Source of the DNA: Candidatus Bipolaricaulia bacterium
GTDB lineage: Bacteria; Bipolaricaulota; Bipolaricaulia; JBHIAT01
Direction of reading: 5' to 3'
Length of the DNA: 34,145 nucleotides
NCBI GenBank assembly: GCA_046758705.1
Contig: JBHIAT010000017.1
Span: 1 to 34,145 of the forward strand
In this document: one piece after another, positions 26,182 through 34,145 of the stretch
Layout: the number at the start of each line of letters is the position of its first letter
Numbering within the stretch: the stretch's first letter is position 1
Made by a program: the position numbers and the translations under genes
Notes under the pieces: generated by a model
What the model saw: only the letters and a program-made list of their open reading frames with translations
Database searches by the model: none
Told to the model about the DNA's origin: nothing

Positions 26182-26210
26182 ATTCTATCGACCGGGTTGG
26201 GGAAAATCAA
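26182..26210 (-). promoter_or_regulatory. Sigma70-type promoter of metK
   Basis: TTGATT-17 bp-TAGAAT, 23 nt upstream of the ATG. Confidence 0.6.
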
Positions 26211-26300
26211 AAGCGGGGCACACGGAGGCGTCCGGTTGACAACTGAATATCCCTGGTGATATCGTTGGCTGAGGACCCGATGGAAGGGGAGCGTCAATCG

Positions 26301-27491
26301 ATGACCCTTCGCGAAGAGTTCGAGGCCAAAGAGCAGCGAGAGCTGGCCCCGTACGCGATGACCAGCGTGGCGACCCGGGGCCGGGACCATGAGATCGCAC
26401 CCGATGAGTTGAGGACCGAATTCCAACGTGATCGGGATCGGATCATCCACTCCAAGGCGTTCCGTCGCTTGGAGTATAAGACTCAGGTCTTCGTGGTCCA
26501 CGAGGGTGATCACTACCGGACTCGGCTCACCCACACCCTGGAGGTCTCCCAGGTCGGCGAGACGATCGCCCGCGCTCTGGGGCTCAACCCCGACCTCACC
26601 GAAACGATCGCCCTGGGGCATGATCTTGGCCATACGCCTTTCGGTCACACCGGAGAGGAGGCGCTCGACCGGATCCTGGAGGACGGATTCCGCCACTACG
26701 AGCAGGGGGTCCGGGTGGTGGAGTACCTGGAGACACCGTATATCTACAAGGGCCATCGGGGGCTTAACCTGACCTGGGAAACCCGGGAGGGAATCCTGAA
26801 GAACAACCTGTGGAAGGGGGAACCGATCCCCAACCGCGATGAGTTCGCTCATCTGCTCGTTGATGAGCTCCCGACCCTGGAGGCTCAGGTGATCATGTAC
26901 GCCGATCAGATCGCGTTCATCAGTCACGATGTCGACGACGGACTGCGCTCTGGGCTTATCATCGTTGACGAACTCAAAGATCTGACCATCTGGGAGGAGA
27001 TTCAGGGTGGCCCCGAGAAGCCAGCCTCGAGGAACATCATCCCGTTCTTGGTCAACGATGTGATTCGAAACAGTAAAGAGAACTTGAAGCGGTTCAACGT
27101 CAAGACGTCTGAGGATGCGAAACGAGCTGATCACCTGATCGTCTGCTTCTCGGAGTCAACTCGAAGGATGAAGGAAGAGCTGTTTAGTTACCTGTTTGAC
27201 CACGTCTACTTTCATCATCGGGTCGCCCGGATACGTCATAAGTGTATGGAGACGGTGGAAACCTTGTTCAGGGAATTTACGAACGACCTCAGATTGCTCC
27301 CGACGAAGACGCAGGCGCGGATCAAGGAGGAGATCGCGGCGCTGCCGGGCGACCTGTCAGCGACCGAGCACAACGCGGCCGAGCGCCGGATCGTCGCTCA
27401 CACCATCCGGGATTACATCGCCGGGATGACCGATCGCTACGCCTTCAAGGTCTATAATGACCTCAAGGCACCGGAGCTACGCTATACTTAG
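26301..27491 (+). CDS. dgt: Deoxyguanosinetriphosphate triphosphohydrolase (HD family)
   Basis: RTEFQRDRDRIIHSKAFRRLEYKTQVF, RTRLTHTLEV, GHDLGHTPFGHTGE, DYIAGMTDRYA; start at ATG 26301 after AAGGGGAG. Confidence 0.95.
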   Translation: MTLREEFEAKEQRELAPYAMTSVATRGRDHEIAPDELRTEFQRDRDRIIHSKAFRRLEYKTQVFVVHEGDHYRTRLTHTLEVSQVGETIARALGLNPDLTETIALGHDLGHTPFGHTGEEALDRILEDGFRHYEQGVRVVEYLETPYIYKGHRGLNLTWETREGILKNNLWKGEPIPNRDEFAHLLVDELPTLEAQVIMYADQIAFISHDVDDGLRSGLIIVDELKDLTIWEEIQGGPEKPASRNIIPFLVNDVIRNSKENLKRFNVKTSEDAKRADHLIVCFSESTRRMKEELFSYLFDHVYFHHRVARIRHKCMETVETLFREFTNDLRLLPTKTQARIKEEIAALPGDLSATEHNAAERRIVAHTIRDYIAGMTDRYAFKVYNDLKAPELRYT

Positions 27492-27501
27492 AGATTTCTC
27501 C

Positions 27502-28567
27502 CTACTGCTTCAGATAGCTTTCGATGAACACGTCCAGATCCCCGTCGAGCACCCGATCCACATCGCCGAGTTCCACCTCAGTGCGGTGATCCTTGACCAA
27601 CCGGTAGGGGTGCAGGATGTAGGAGCGGATCTGATGACCCCACTCGATATCCTTCAGCTCACCGCGCAGTTCCTCCAATCGCTCTAGCTGTCGCTCCTGC
27701 TGGTAGGTATGTAGCTTGGCTTTCAGGATTTTGAGTGCGGTCTCTCGGTTCTGATGTTGAGAACGTTCGTTCTGGCAGCTCACCACAATTCCGGTCGGCA
27801 GGTGGGTGGTGCGCACCGCCGAGTCGGTGACGTTGACATGCTGACCGCCGGCACCGCTCGATCGAAACGTCTCGATCTTGAGATCGTCATCCTTGATATC
27901 GACCTGGATGTCCTCGAGCTTCGGCGTCACCGTCACCGAGGCAAATGAGGTGTGACGACGGCCTCCTGCATCGTAAGGGGAGATGCGCACCAACCGATGG
28001 ACGCCTTGCTCGCCCTTCAAGTAGCCATAGCTGTACACCCCGTCCACCTCGATCGTGGCGCTTTTGATCCCGGCCACCTCGCCCGGGCTGACCTCGATAA
28101 GCTGTGACCGAAAGCTGTGTGTCTCTACCCAGCGCAGGTACATCCTGAGCAGCATCTCCGCCCAATCCTGAGCATCGGTTCCCCCGGCCCCGGCATTGAT
28201 GGTGAGGAAGCAATCGAGTTCAGCGTGCAGCCAGTCCATGAACACCTGCAGCTCAAACTCACGCAGCTGGGTCTTGAGCGCCGCCGATCGCCGTTCGACC
28301 TCGTCCAGGACCTCGTCATCCTCAGCCTCTTCGGCGAGCTCACCGAGGAGCTCAACCTCCTCGATCTCCTCCTCCAGCTTTCGATATACGTTCAGCAACT
28401 CTTTATCGCGCTTGAATTGCTGGGTGGCGTTTCGGACGCGCTCCTGATCCTCCCAGAACTCGGCCTCGGCCATCTCGGCCTCGAGTCGGGCGATCCGTTC
28501 CGCCAAGCCATCCGGATCAAAGGCGATCACCGACGAGCAGCAACCGTTTCCGCAACGCTTCTAACAT
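27502..28567 (-). CDS. prfB: Peptide chain release factor 2, decoded through a +1 frameshift at CTT-TGA (28522-28517)
   Basis: GGAGGTG-SD ATG 28567 gives [16 protein letters not shown]-stop; the +1 frame continues DPDGLAER... with [34 protein letters not shown]. Confidence 0.95.
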
Positions 28568-28587
28568 GTCACACCTCCCGTTGCCCG

Positions 28588-28636
28588 TTGACAAATCGTT
28601 GCCCACTATTCTAAAATGCCGAGGCTGAAAGGTCAA
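28588..28636. promoter_or_regulatory. Overlapping divergent promoters for prfB (-) and rsmI (+)
   Basis: Minus: TTGACC(28636-28631)-17-TAGAAT(28613-28608). Plus: TTGACA(28588-28593)-18-TAAAAT(28612-28617). Confidence 0.65.
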
Positions 28637-28672
28637 TCGAAGGCCTAGCGCTGAGGAGGAGGATCGGGGACC

Positions 28673-29374
28673 ATGTCTGGCAAGCTCTTTATCTGCGCGA
28701 CGCCGATCGGCAATCTGGATGACATCACACTCCGGGCGTTGCGGGTGTTCCGTGAGGCCGATTTGATCGTGGCTGAGGACACCCGACGCAGTCGTCAACT
28801 GCTCCAGCGCTATGAGATCACCACCCCGTTCGGGTCCAGCTACTACCAGGGGGTGGAACAGCGACGGGTCGGTCCGCTGGTCAGTCGGCTCGAGCAGGGG
28901 GAACAGATCGCGCTCATCTCAGATGCTGGAACCCCGCTCATCTCGGATCCCGGATATCGACTCGTTCACCGGGCGATCGCGGCGGGGATCCCGGTGGTTC
29001 CGATCCCCGGCCCCACCGCCCTGATCGCTGCCCTGGTGATCTCAGGGTTGCCGACCGATCGATTCGTCTTCGACGGCATGCCCCCAAGGCGGCTGGGTCG
29101 CAGGCGTCGCTACTTCGAAGAGATTCGGGCCGAGCCCCGGACGATCATCCTCTATGAGTCTCCGCATCGGATCCTGACGACCCTCGAGCTGATGGACGAA
29201 CTGCTCGGCGATCGAAACATCGCCCTGTGTCGGGAGTTGACCAAACGGTTTGAGGAGGTCATCCGGGGCACGCCGGGACAGGTGTTGGATCAACTCCAGA
29301 ACCGGGGGCAAAGTCGGGTGAAGGGCGAGCTGACCCTGGTGATTCAAGGGGCCGGGAAAAGAAATAGAGAATAG
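28673..29374 (+). CDS. rsmI: 16S rRNA (cytidine1402-2'-O)-methyltransferase
   Basis: ATPIGNLDDITLRA, AEDTR, SDAGTPLISDPG, YESPHR, RELTKRFEE, KGEL. Confidence 0.96.
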   Translation: MSGKLFICATPIGNLDDITLRALRVFREADLIVAEDTRRSRQLLQRYEITTPFGSSYYQGVEQRRVGPLVSRLEQGEQIALISDAGTPLISDPGYRLVHRAIAAGIPVVPIPGPTALIAALVISGLPTDRFVFDGMPPRRLGRRRRYFEEIRAEPRTIILYESPHRILTTLELMDELLGDRNIALCRELTKRFEEVIRGTPGQVLDQLQNRGQSRVKGELTLVIQGAGKRNRE

Positions 29375-29407
29375 AGAAAAGATAAGATAAGACCTGAAGG
29401 AGCGGCC

Positions 29408-30046
29408 ATGCGGAATGTATTCGAATCTCCCCATGAGCGGAGAATCGGGCGGTGGAGACGGATCTCAAATCTGCTGTTGGTCATCGCGATCGGTGGATTG
29501 GCCTACGTCGGCTGGAGCTTCTTGGACATCCGCTCTGAGTTGGAGACGCTCAGAAACGATAGGGATCGGATCCAGTTAGAGCAGGCCCAGGTTGGGAATG
29601 ACATCAGTGAGCTCAACCGGTTCAGCCTCAGCTTTCGCCAGATGGAGGAGACCCTGGAAGCGATCCAACACCAGATTAAGGGGCTTGAAGAGTTCAGGAC
29701 GACAGCCACCCTGGGGACGGGGGAGAACCTGGTACAGCTTCTGGCGCTCAAGGAGGCTTGGGTCCGAATCTCAAAGAACCAGGAGCGGATCTTCGAGGGG
29801 ACGTTAGCGAGCGGCGAGGCCCGAGATTTCTCGTTCGACTCCGACGAGACGCTGAGTGTGGAGACCGGCAGGGCGAACGCGATCCAGGTCCGGCTCAACG
29901 GTCAGGGAATCGGGCTGTTGGGTGAGGCCGAGGACTACAAGGAGGTGGTGTTCAGAAGCCCGTTCTTCGAGGTCGGATCGGCTTCCCAGCCCACCGATGC
30001 CAGTACCGATCAGGAACAGGAATCGGAGCCTGAACCTGGGCCCTAG
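29408..30046 (+). CDS. Single-TM coiled-coil protein with RodZ C-terminal (DUF4115)-like domain
   Basis: TM LLLVIAIGGLAYVGWSFL; heptad region; AWVRI...IFEGTLASGE...GRANAIQVRLNG. Confidence 0.7.
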   Translation: MRNVFESPHERRIGRWRRISNLLLVIAIGGLAYVGWSFLDIRSELETLRNDRDRIQLEQAQVGNDISELNRFSLSFRQMEETLEAIQHQIKGLEEFRTTATLGTGENLVQLLALKEAWVRISKNQERIFEGTLASGEARDFSFDSDETLSVETGRANAIQVRLNGQGIGLLGEAEDYKEVVFRSPFFEVGSASQPTDASTDQEQESEPEPGP

Positions 30047-30531
30047 ACGTGCTTGTCGGCAACCGACGAGGCGCCGTAGGCTTCGGGCTTCGTCTTGACG
30101 GCGAACCCACTTCCGATGATCATCCCGACCACTTCGTCGATCATCTCACGGGTCTTTCCCCGTTCTCCGACATCGACGTGGATCTCCAGGTTGTAGTCGA
30201 GCATCGTACGATCTTGGAGCGTCCGCATCAGTTCTTCGGCCAGGGTGAACGAGAGTGTCGCTTCGGTGTAGATCTTTTGCCGCAGGGTGTGGATGTGGGA
30301 TTCTTGGATCTTTCTCCAAAAGTATCGTCCGCCCTTCCCGACCCGATGGATGATGATCGCTGACACGAAATCTACCGTTCCGAGCCGCGCCTGGGAGTCG
30401 GTCCCGACGATCACCTTGTACCGGTCTTCGGGCTCGGTCTCCATGATCTCCACGATCTCATCGACCACCGCGTCGAAGCTCATCCGACCCTGGGATGGGT
30501 TGTAAAAGTCCAAAGTCGTCACCGTTGGCAT
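30043..30531 (-). CDS. Ribonuclease H-like YkuK family protein
   Basis: IVGTDSQ, IHRVGKGGRYF, LRQKIYTEATLS, EIHVDVG, KPEAYGASSVADKH. Confidence 0.9.
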   Translation of the reverse strand: MPTVTTLDFYNPSQGRMSFDAVVDEIVEIMETEPEDRYKVIVGTDSQARLGTVDFVSAIIIHRVGKGGRYFWRKIQESHIHTLRQKIYTEATLSFTLAEELMRTLQDRTMLDYNLEIHVDVGERGKTREMIDEVVGMIIGSGFAVKTKPEAYGASSVADKHV

Positions 30532-30660
30532 AGCAATATATTATACCATAAGTCTCCCACCTCATCTACGATGATCACTCTGAAGGTCATTGACTTTAGA
30601 ACGATCGCTTCTTAGGATTAGAATTGTGGGTATGATTAGAAGTGAAGGAGGGAGAGCAAC

Positions 30661-32208
30661 GTGTCGCTTTTATGGTCAAGGCGGTCGGCGGTGATCGTCA
30701 CTCTGTCCGTGGGACTGGTGTTGATTGCCTCCCCCTGGATGGGCGTCTCACAAGGGATCGAAACGCGCTACGCCGAAGTTCAGGCGCTGTTTGCCGCCGG
30801 GGAGTTCGAGGCCGCCGACCGGATCCTCGACGATCTGCTGAACCACAGGCCTCAGAACCCGATCCTGTGGTATGCGAAGGGGGTGATCGCCTACCGGCGT
30901 GGAAACCTTGAGGTGGCGGTCATCGACCTGCTGAACAGCCGCGAGAATCTGGGTGAGTTGTCGCCCGAGGCAGGTGGGATAAGGGGGGCTCTGCAGATCA
31001 AACTCGCGGATATATTAGGATTTTTACATATGAAGCTTGGACAACCCGCCAAGGCACTGAGCTTCCTCGAGGACTCCACCTCCGAGTACGGTCTCTACTT
31101 GCGAGGCACGATCCATCAAGAGCTCGGTCAGTTCGAGCCCGCGCTGGAGAACTTCGTGAAGCTGTCAGCGATCTTCAAGGAGGAGCACCGTGCGGTCCCC
31201 TATAACCTGGGGCTGTTGTACTACAGGCAGAGACAGTTCGATCGGGCCCTGGAACAGCTGAAACAGGTCGAAGATGATAGTCGGCCGGAGGTCCTGCTGG
31301 GGATCGCCGGCAGCTACGAAGGGTTGGGCAACCTTAATTCAGCAGCGAGCTATTACGCCAGACTCCTCCGGCGCGGTGATCTCCCCGAGGATGTCGTGAT
31401 CGAGGCACGGTATCGGTTGGCCTCGGCCCGGATCAAAGCCGGGGAGATCGATCAGGGGATTCGGGAGTTGGAACGGCTGCTTAGGATCGATCCCGATCAC
31501 CTCCAGGGTCAGCTGGCGATCGCCTTCGCCCACATCCAGAACGGAAGCTTTCAAGAAGCACGGCGCTATCTGAATCGGTTGGACCAACTCAGCCTGGAGA
31601 TGGTGGGGGTCGTCCATTACGGACGCGGCCTGATCGAAGCGGGGCTGGAGAACCCGCGTCAGGCGATCGTGGCGTACCTGACTGCCGAGACCAATGGATT
31701 TCGATCACGCGACCTGTTGGTGAATCTGGGGCGAGCCTATCTGGAGATCGGTGAGTTGGCCAAGGCCAACCAGATCTTCGATCAGGCGTTGTCCATGGAT
31801 GCCTCCCAGGATCTGCTCGCCATCTCGGACGCGGAGGTCCAATTTCAGAAGGCCAACGCCCTCTACAGCGTCGGGAACATGAGTGGGGCGCTCGATTTCT
31901 ACCATCAGGCACTGGACGGAGGGTTGCGCATCCCCGCGCTTCACTTTAACTTGGGCAACGTCTACTTCAGGATCGGGGATTATGAGTCGGCGATCGTCCA
32001 GTATCAGACATCCCTCAATCTGAACATCTTCCAGCAGCTTGCCTTGTACAACATGGGAATGGCTTACTACCATTTCGGGGACAAAGAGCGGGCGATCCGA
32101 GAATTCGAGCGGATCGGTCGTATGTGGCCCGACTCCGAGATCACCAAACGGGCGGATCGGATCATCGAGATGATTGGGCTTGAAATGGAACTCGAGCCCG
32201 AGGGGTAA
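30661..32208 (+). CDS. Exported tetratricopeptide repeat protein
   Basis: Signal-like N-terminus; repeated YNLG/FNLGNVY/YNMGMAY TPR helices; SD AAGGAGG. Confidence 0.88.
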   Translation: MSLLWSRRSAVIVTLSVGLVLIASPWMGVSQGIETRYAEVQALFAAGEFEAADRILDDLLNHRPQNPILWYAKGVIAYRRGNLEVAVIDLLNSRENLGELSPEAGGIRGALQIKLADILGFLHMKLGQPAKALSFLEDSTSEYGLYLRGTIHQELGQFEPALENFVKLSAIFKEEHRAVPYNLGLLYYRQRQFDRALEQLKQVEDDSRPEVLLGIAGSYEGLGNLNSAASYYARLLRRGDLPEDVVIEARYRLASARIKAGEIDQGIRELERLLRIDPDHLQGQLAIAFAHIQNGSFQEARRYLNRLDQLSLEMVGVVHYGRGLIEAGLENPRQAIVAYLTAETNGFRSRDLLVNLGRAYLEIGELAKANQIFDQALSMDASQDLLAISDAEVQFQKANALYSVGNMSGALDFYHQALDGGLRIPALHFNLGNVYFRIGDYESAIVQYQTSLNLNIFQQLALYNMGMAYYHFGDKERAIREFERIGRMWPDSEITKRADRIIEMIGLEMELEPEG

Positions 32209-32237
32209 GAGGGATAGGGATAAAAAAACGACGATCG

Positions 32238-33476
32238 TCACCCGCCAAAACCGCCCCCGGTCAGTTTGAAGATCGGCAGATAGAGGGAGATGATGATCGA
32301 GCCGATGACCAAACCCATCATGGCCATCATCAACGGTTCGATCAGTGACGTCAGGGTTTCGGTCGTCTGGGAGACCTCACGATCGTAGAAGCCAGCGATC
32401 TTGATCAGCATCTCGTCCAGGGCACCGGTCTCCTCACCGACGGCGAGCATCTCCACCACCATGTCGGGAAACTCACCGGTCTCGGCCAGCGGTTCGGCGA
32501 GTGGACGGCCCTTCTGTACAGCGAATTTGGTGTCCTCCAGAGCCATCTGAACGATCTTGTTGCCGACGACATCTTCGGTGATGTTGATCGCCTCGATGAT
32601 GGGAACGCCGGTGCGCAGCAACGTCCCGAAAGTACGGGCGAACCGGGCGATTGCTGTCTTTCGGAACAGCCCGCCTACGATCGGGAGTTTCAGTATCAGC
32701 ACATCCCTCAGGTAAGCGCCCCTCTCGGTCTTCTTGATCAGCGAGCGGATCCCCCAGATCAGAACGCCGCCCGCGAGGATGAACAGCCCAACCCACTTTC
32801 TGAAGATGTTGCTGATATCGATCAGGATCTGAGTCGGCAGGGGCAGCCCCCCCTCGATCTCCATCGACTCGAAGATATCGGCGAAGCTGGGCAGGATGAA
32901 GACGATGATCCCGAAAGCGGCCAGCAACGTGAGCCCGAACATGAACGCCGGATAGGTCATCGCCGATTTGATCTTTCCTCTGAGCTCCTCCTGGGACTCC
33001 AGATAATCGGCAAGTCGTTCCAGGATCTCATCCAGGACTCCGCCTGTCTCCCCCGACTCGACCATGCTGATGAACATGTTGGAGAACACGTTCGGGTGCT
33101 CGCCCATCGCCTCCGAGAGTGACGCCCCCTCCTCGACACGCATCTGGACCGTCTGCAGCGCCTTCCTCAGCTTGTCGTTGGCCGTCTGCTCGGCGAGCAC
33201 CGTCAGCGACTTGTTCATTCCCAGGCCGGAGTTGATCATCGTGGCGAACTGCCGACTGAAGACCGCCATATCCTTTGCCGTAACCCGTCCGAAAAATGGG
33301 AGCTTATCGAGGGGGATCTCGATATCCTTGGAGCCCTTCTTCTCCGCGATATTGATCACGATGAAGCCCATATTCTTGAGCTTGGCTGCGACATCGCGCT
33401 GGGTCTCCCCCTCCATGCGGCCGTTCTTCACCTGGCCAGTAGGAGTTCTGGCTTTATAGGTGTAGGTAGTTGCCAT
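32238..33476 (-). CDS. pilC: Type IV pilus / T2SS inner membrane platform protein (PilC/GspF)
   Basis: FSRQFATMINSG, GETGGVLDEIL, KIKSAMTYP, VGEETGALDEML, LIEP, YLPIF. Confidence 0.95.
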   Translation of the reverse strand: MATTYTYKARTPTGQVKNGRMEGETQRDVAAKLKNMGFIVINIAEKKGSKDIEIPLDKLPFFGRVTAKDMAVFSRQFATMINSGLGMNKSLTVLAEQTANDKLRKALQTVQMRVEEGASLSEAMGEHPNVFSNMFISMVESGETGGVLDEILERLADYLESQEELRGKIKSAMTYPAFMFGLTLLAAFGIIVFILPSFADIFESMEIEGGLPLPTQILIDISNIFRKWVGLFILAGGVLIWGIRSLIKKTERGAYLRDVLILKLPIVGGLFRKTAIARFARTFGTLLRTGVPIIEAINITEDVVGNKIVQMALEDTKFAVQKGRPLAEPLAETGEFPDMVVEMLAVGEETGALDEMLIKIAGFYDREVSQTTETLTSLIEPLMMAMMGLVIGSIIISLYLPIFKLTGGGFGG

Positions 33477-33504
33477 CTAGTCGTTTCCTTCCCTTCTGTT
33501 AATG

Positions 33505-34145
33505 TTAATCCCAACCGACCGGGCCCTTGGCCTTATTCCAGCCGGCCGGACTGGTGTTTGTCTCCTGGCCGATGCCAATCATGCGCCCCAGCTCCTCTTT
33601 GTTGTTTGCTGCCTGCATCGCAACCTCATGATCGATCTTCCCCTGCTCGTGGATGTCGGCCAGGCATTTCTCGAGCGTGATCATGCCGTCCCTGGCGCTC
33701 ATCTGGATGATCGAGTACAGCTGATGGGTCTTCGCCTCTCGGATCGAGTTGCGCACCGCCGCAGTGGCCACCATGATCTCCAGGGCGGGCACCCGCCCAC
33801 CTTGCTTGGCGCGCAGCAACCGTTGAGTCAGGACGAGCCTGAGCGTGGCACCGAGCTGGGTGCGGATCTGATCCTGTTGGTGACTGGGAAAGACGTCGAT
33901 GATCCGGTCGATCGTCTCGGGGGCGCTGTTGGCGTGGAGGGTCGAGAAGACCAGGTGGCCGGTTTCCGCCGCGCGTAGCGCCCACTCGATCGTCTCGTGA
34001 TCGCGCATCTCCCCCACCAACACGACGTCGGGGTCCTCGCGCAGCATGTGCTTGACCGCCTCCGGGAAGCTCCGGGTATCCGCGCCGAGTTCGCGCTGGT
34101 TGACGATCGATTGCTTGTGCCGGTGCAGGAACTCGACCGGGTCCT
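33505..34145 (-). CDS. pilT: Type IV pilus retraction ATPase PilT, 5'-truncated by the window edge
   Basis: Frame open to the window end: DPVEF..VNQRELG, LREDPDVVLVGEMRD, AAETGHLVFSTLH, AVRNSIRE (AIRNLIRE-type motif). Confidence 0.92.
   Translation of the reverse strand, partial: DPVEFLHRHKQSIVNQRELGADTRSFPEAVKHMLREDPDVVLVGEMRDHETIEWALRAAETGHLVFSTLHANSAPETIDRIIDVFPSHQQDQIRTQLGATLRLVLTQRLLRAKQGGRVPALEIMVATAAVRNSIREAKTHQLYSIIQMSARDGMITLEKCLADIHEQGKIDHEVAMQAANNKEELGRMIGIGQETNTSPAGWNKAKGPVGWD

Noticed and set aside
26159-26300. SAM riboswitch upstream of metK
   Set aside because: The predicted promoter leaves a leader of under 20 nt, and no S-box core was seen.
26301-27491. dGTPase as an anti-phage gene
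   Set aside because: It is the short housekeeping-type dgt, in backbone context and with backbone composition.

Overview
Bacterial chromosomal window (bacterial metK, frameshifted prfB, rsmI, trkAH, pilT/pilC, sigma70-type promoters). The lineage cannot be fixed from the sequence; Ca. Bipolaricaulota or a similar deep-branching anaerobe is only a guess. The GC-rich backbone is strikingly rich in CGATCG and is interrupted by accessory DNA. (1) Beyond the 3' end of tRNA-Pro(UGG) lie two orphan antitoxins, a PIN-toxin stub and the left end of an IS200/IS605 element whose tnpA runs off the window. (2) An AT-richer island at ~10.3-15.95 kb carries an Mrr-like PD-(D/E)xK nuclease, an inverted NLR-like protein (signal peptide, ~14 shuffled 33-aa HEAT repeats, membrane segment, C-terminal NACHT-type NTPase) and a DUF4258/YgiT pair. 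These genes lie downstream of a promoter enclosed by inverted recombinase-like sites. (3) A foreign-looking GAF-HD-GYP gene follows a Xer-type recombinase. The most notable observations are the candidate transmembrane STAND + nuclease defence module, an intact archaeal-type Pus10 in a bacterium, a non-canonical prfB frameshift cassette, and an IS left end whose guide (CAAG) matches its target (TGAC). All counts and alignments were done by eye; no searches were run.
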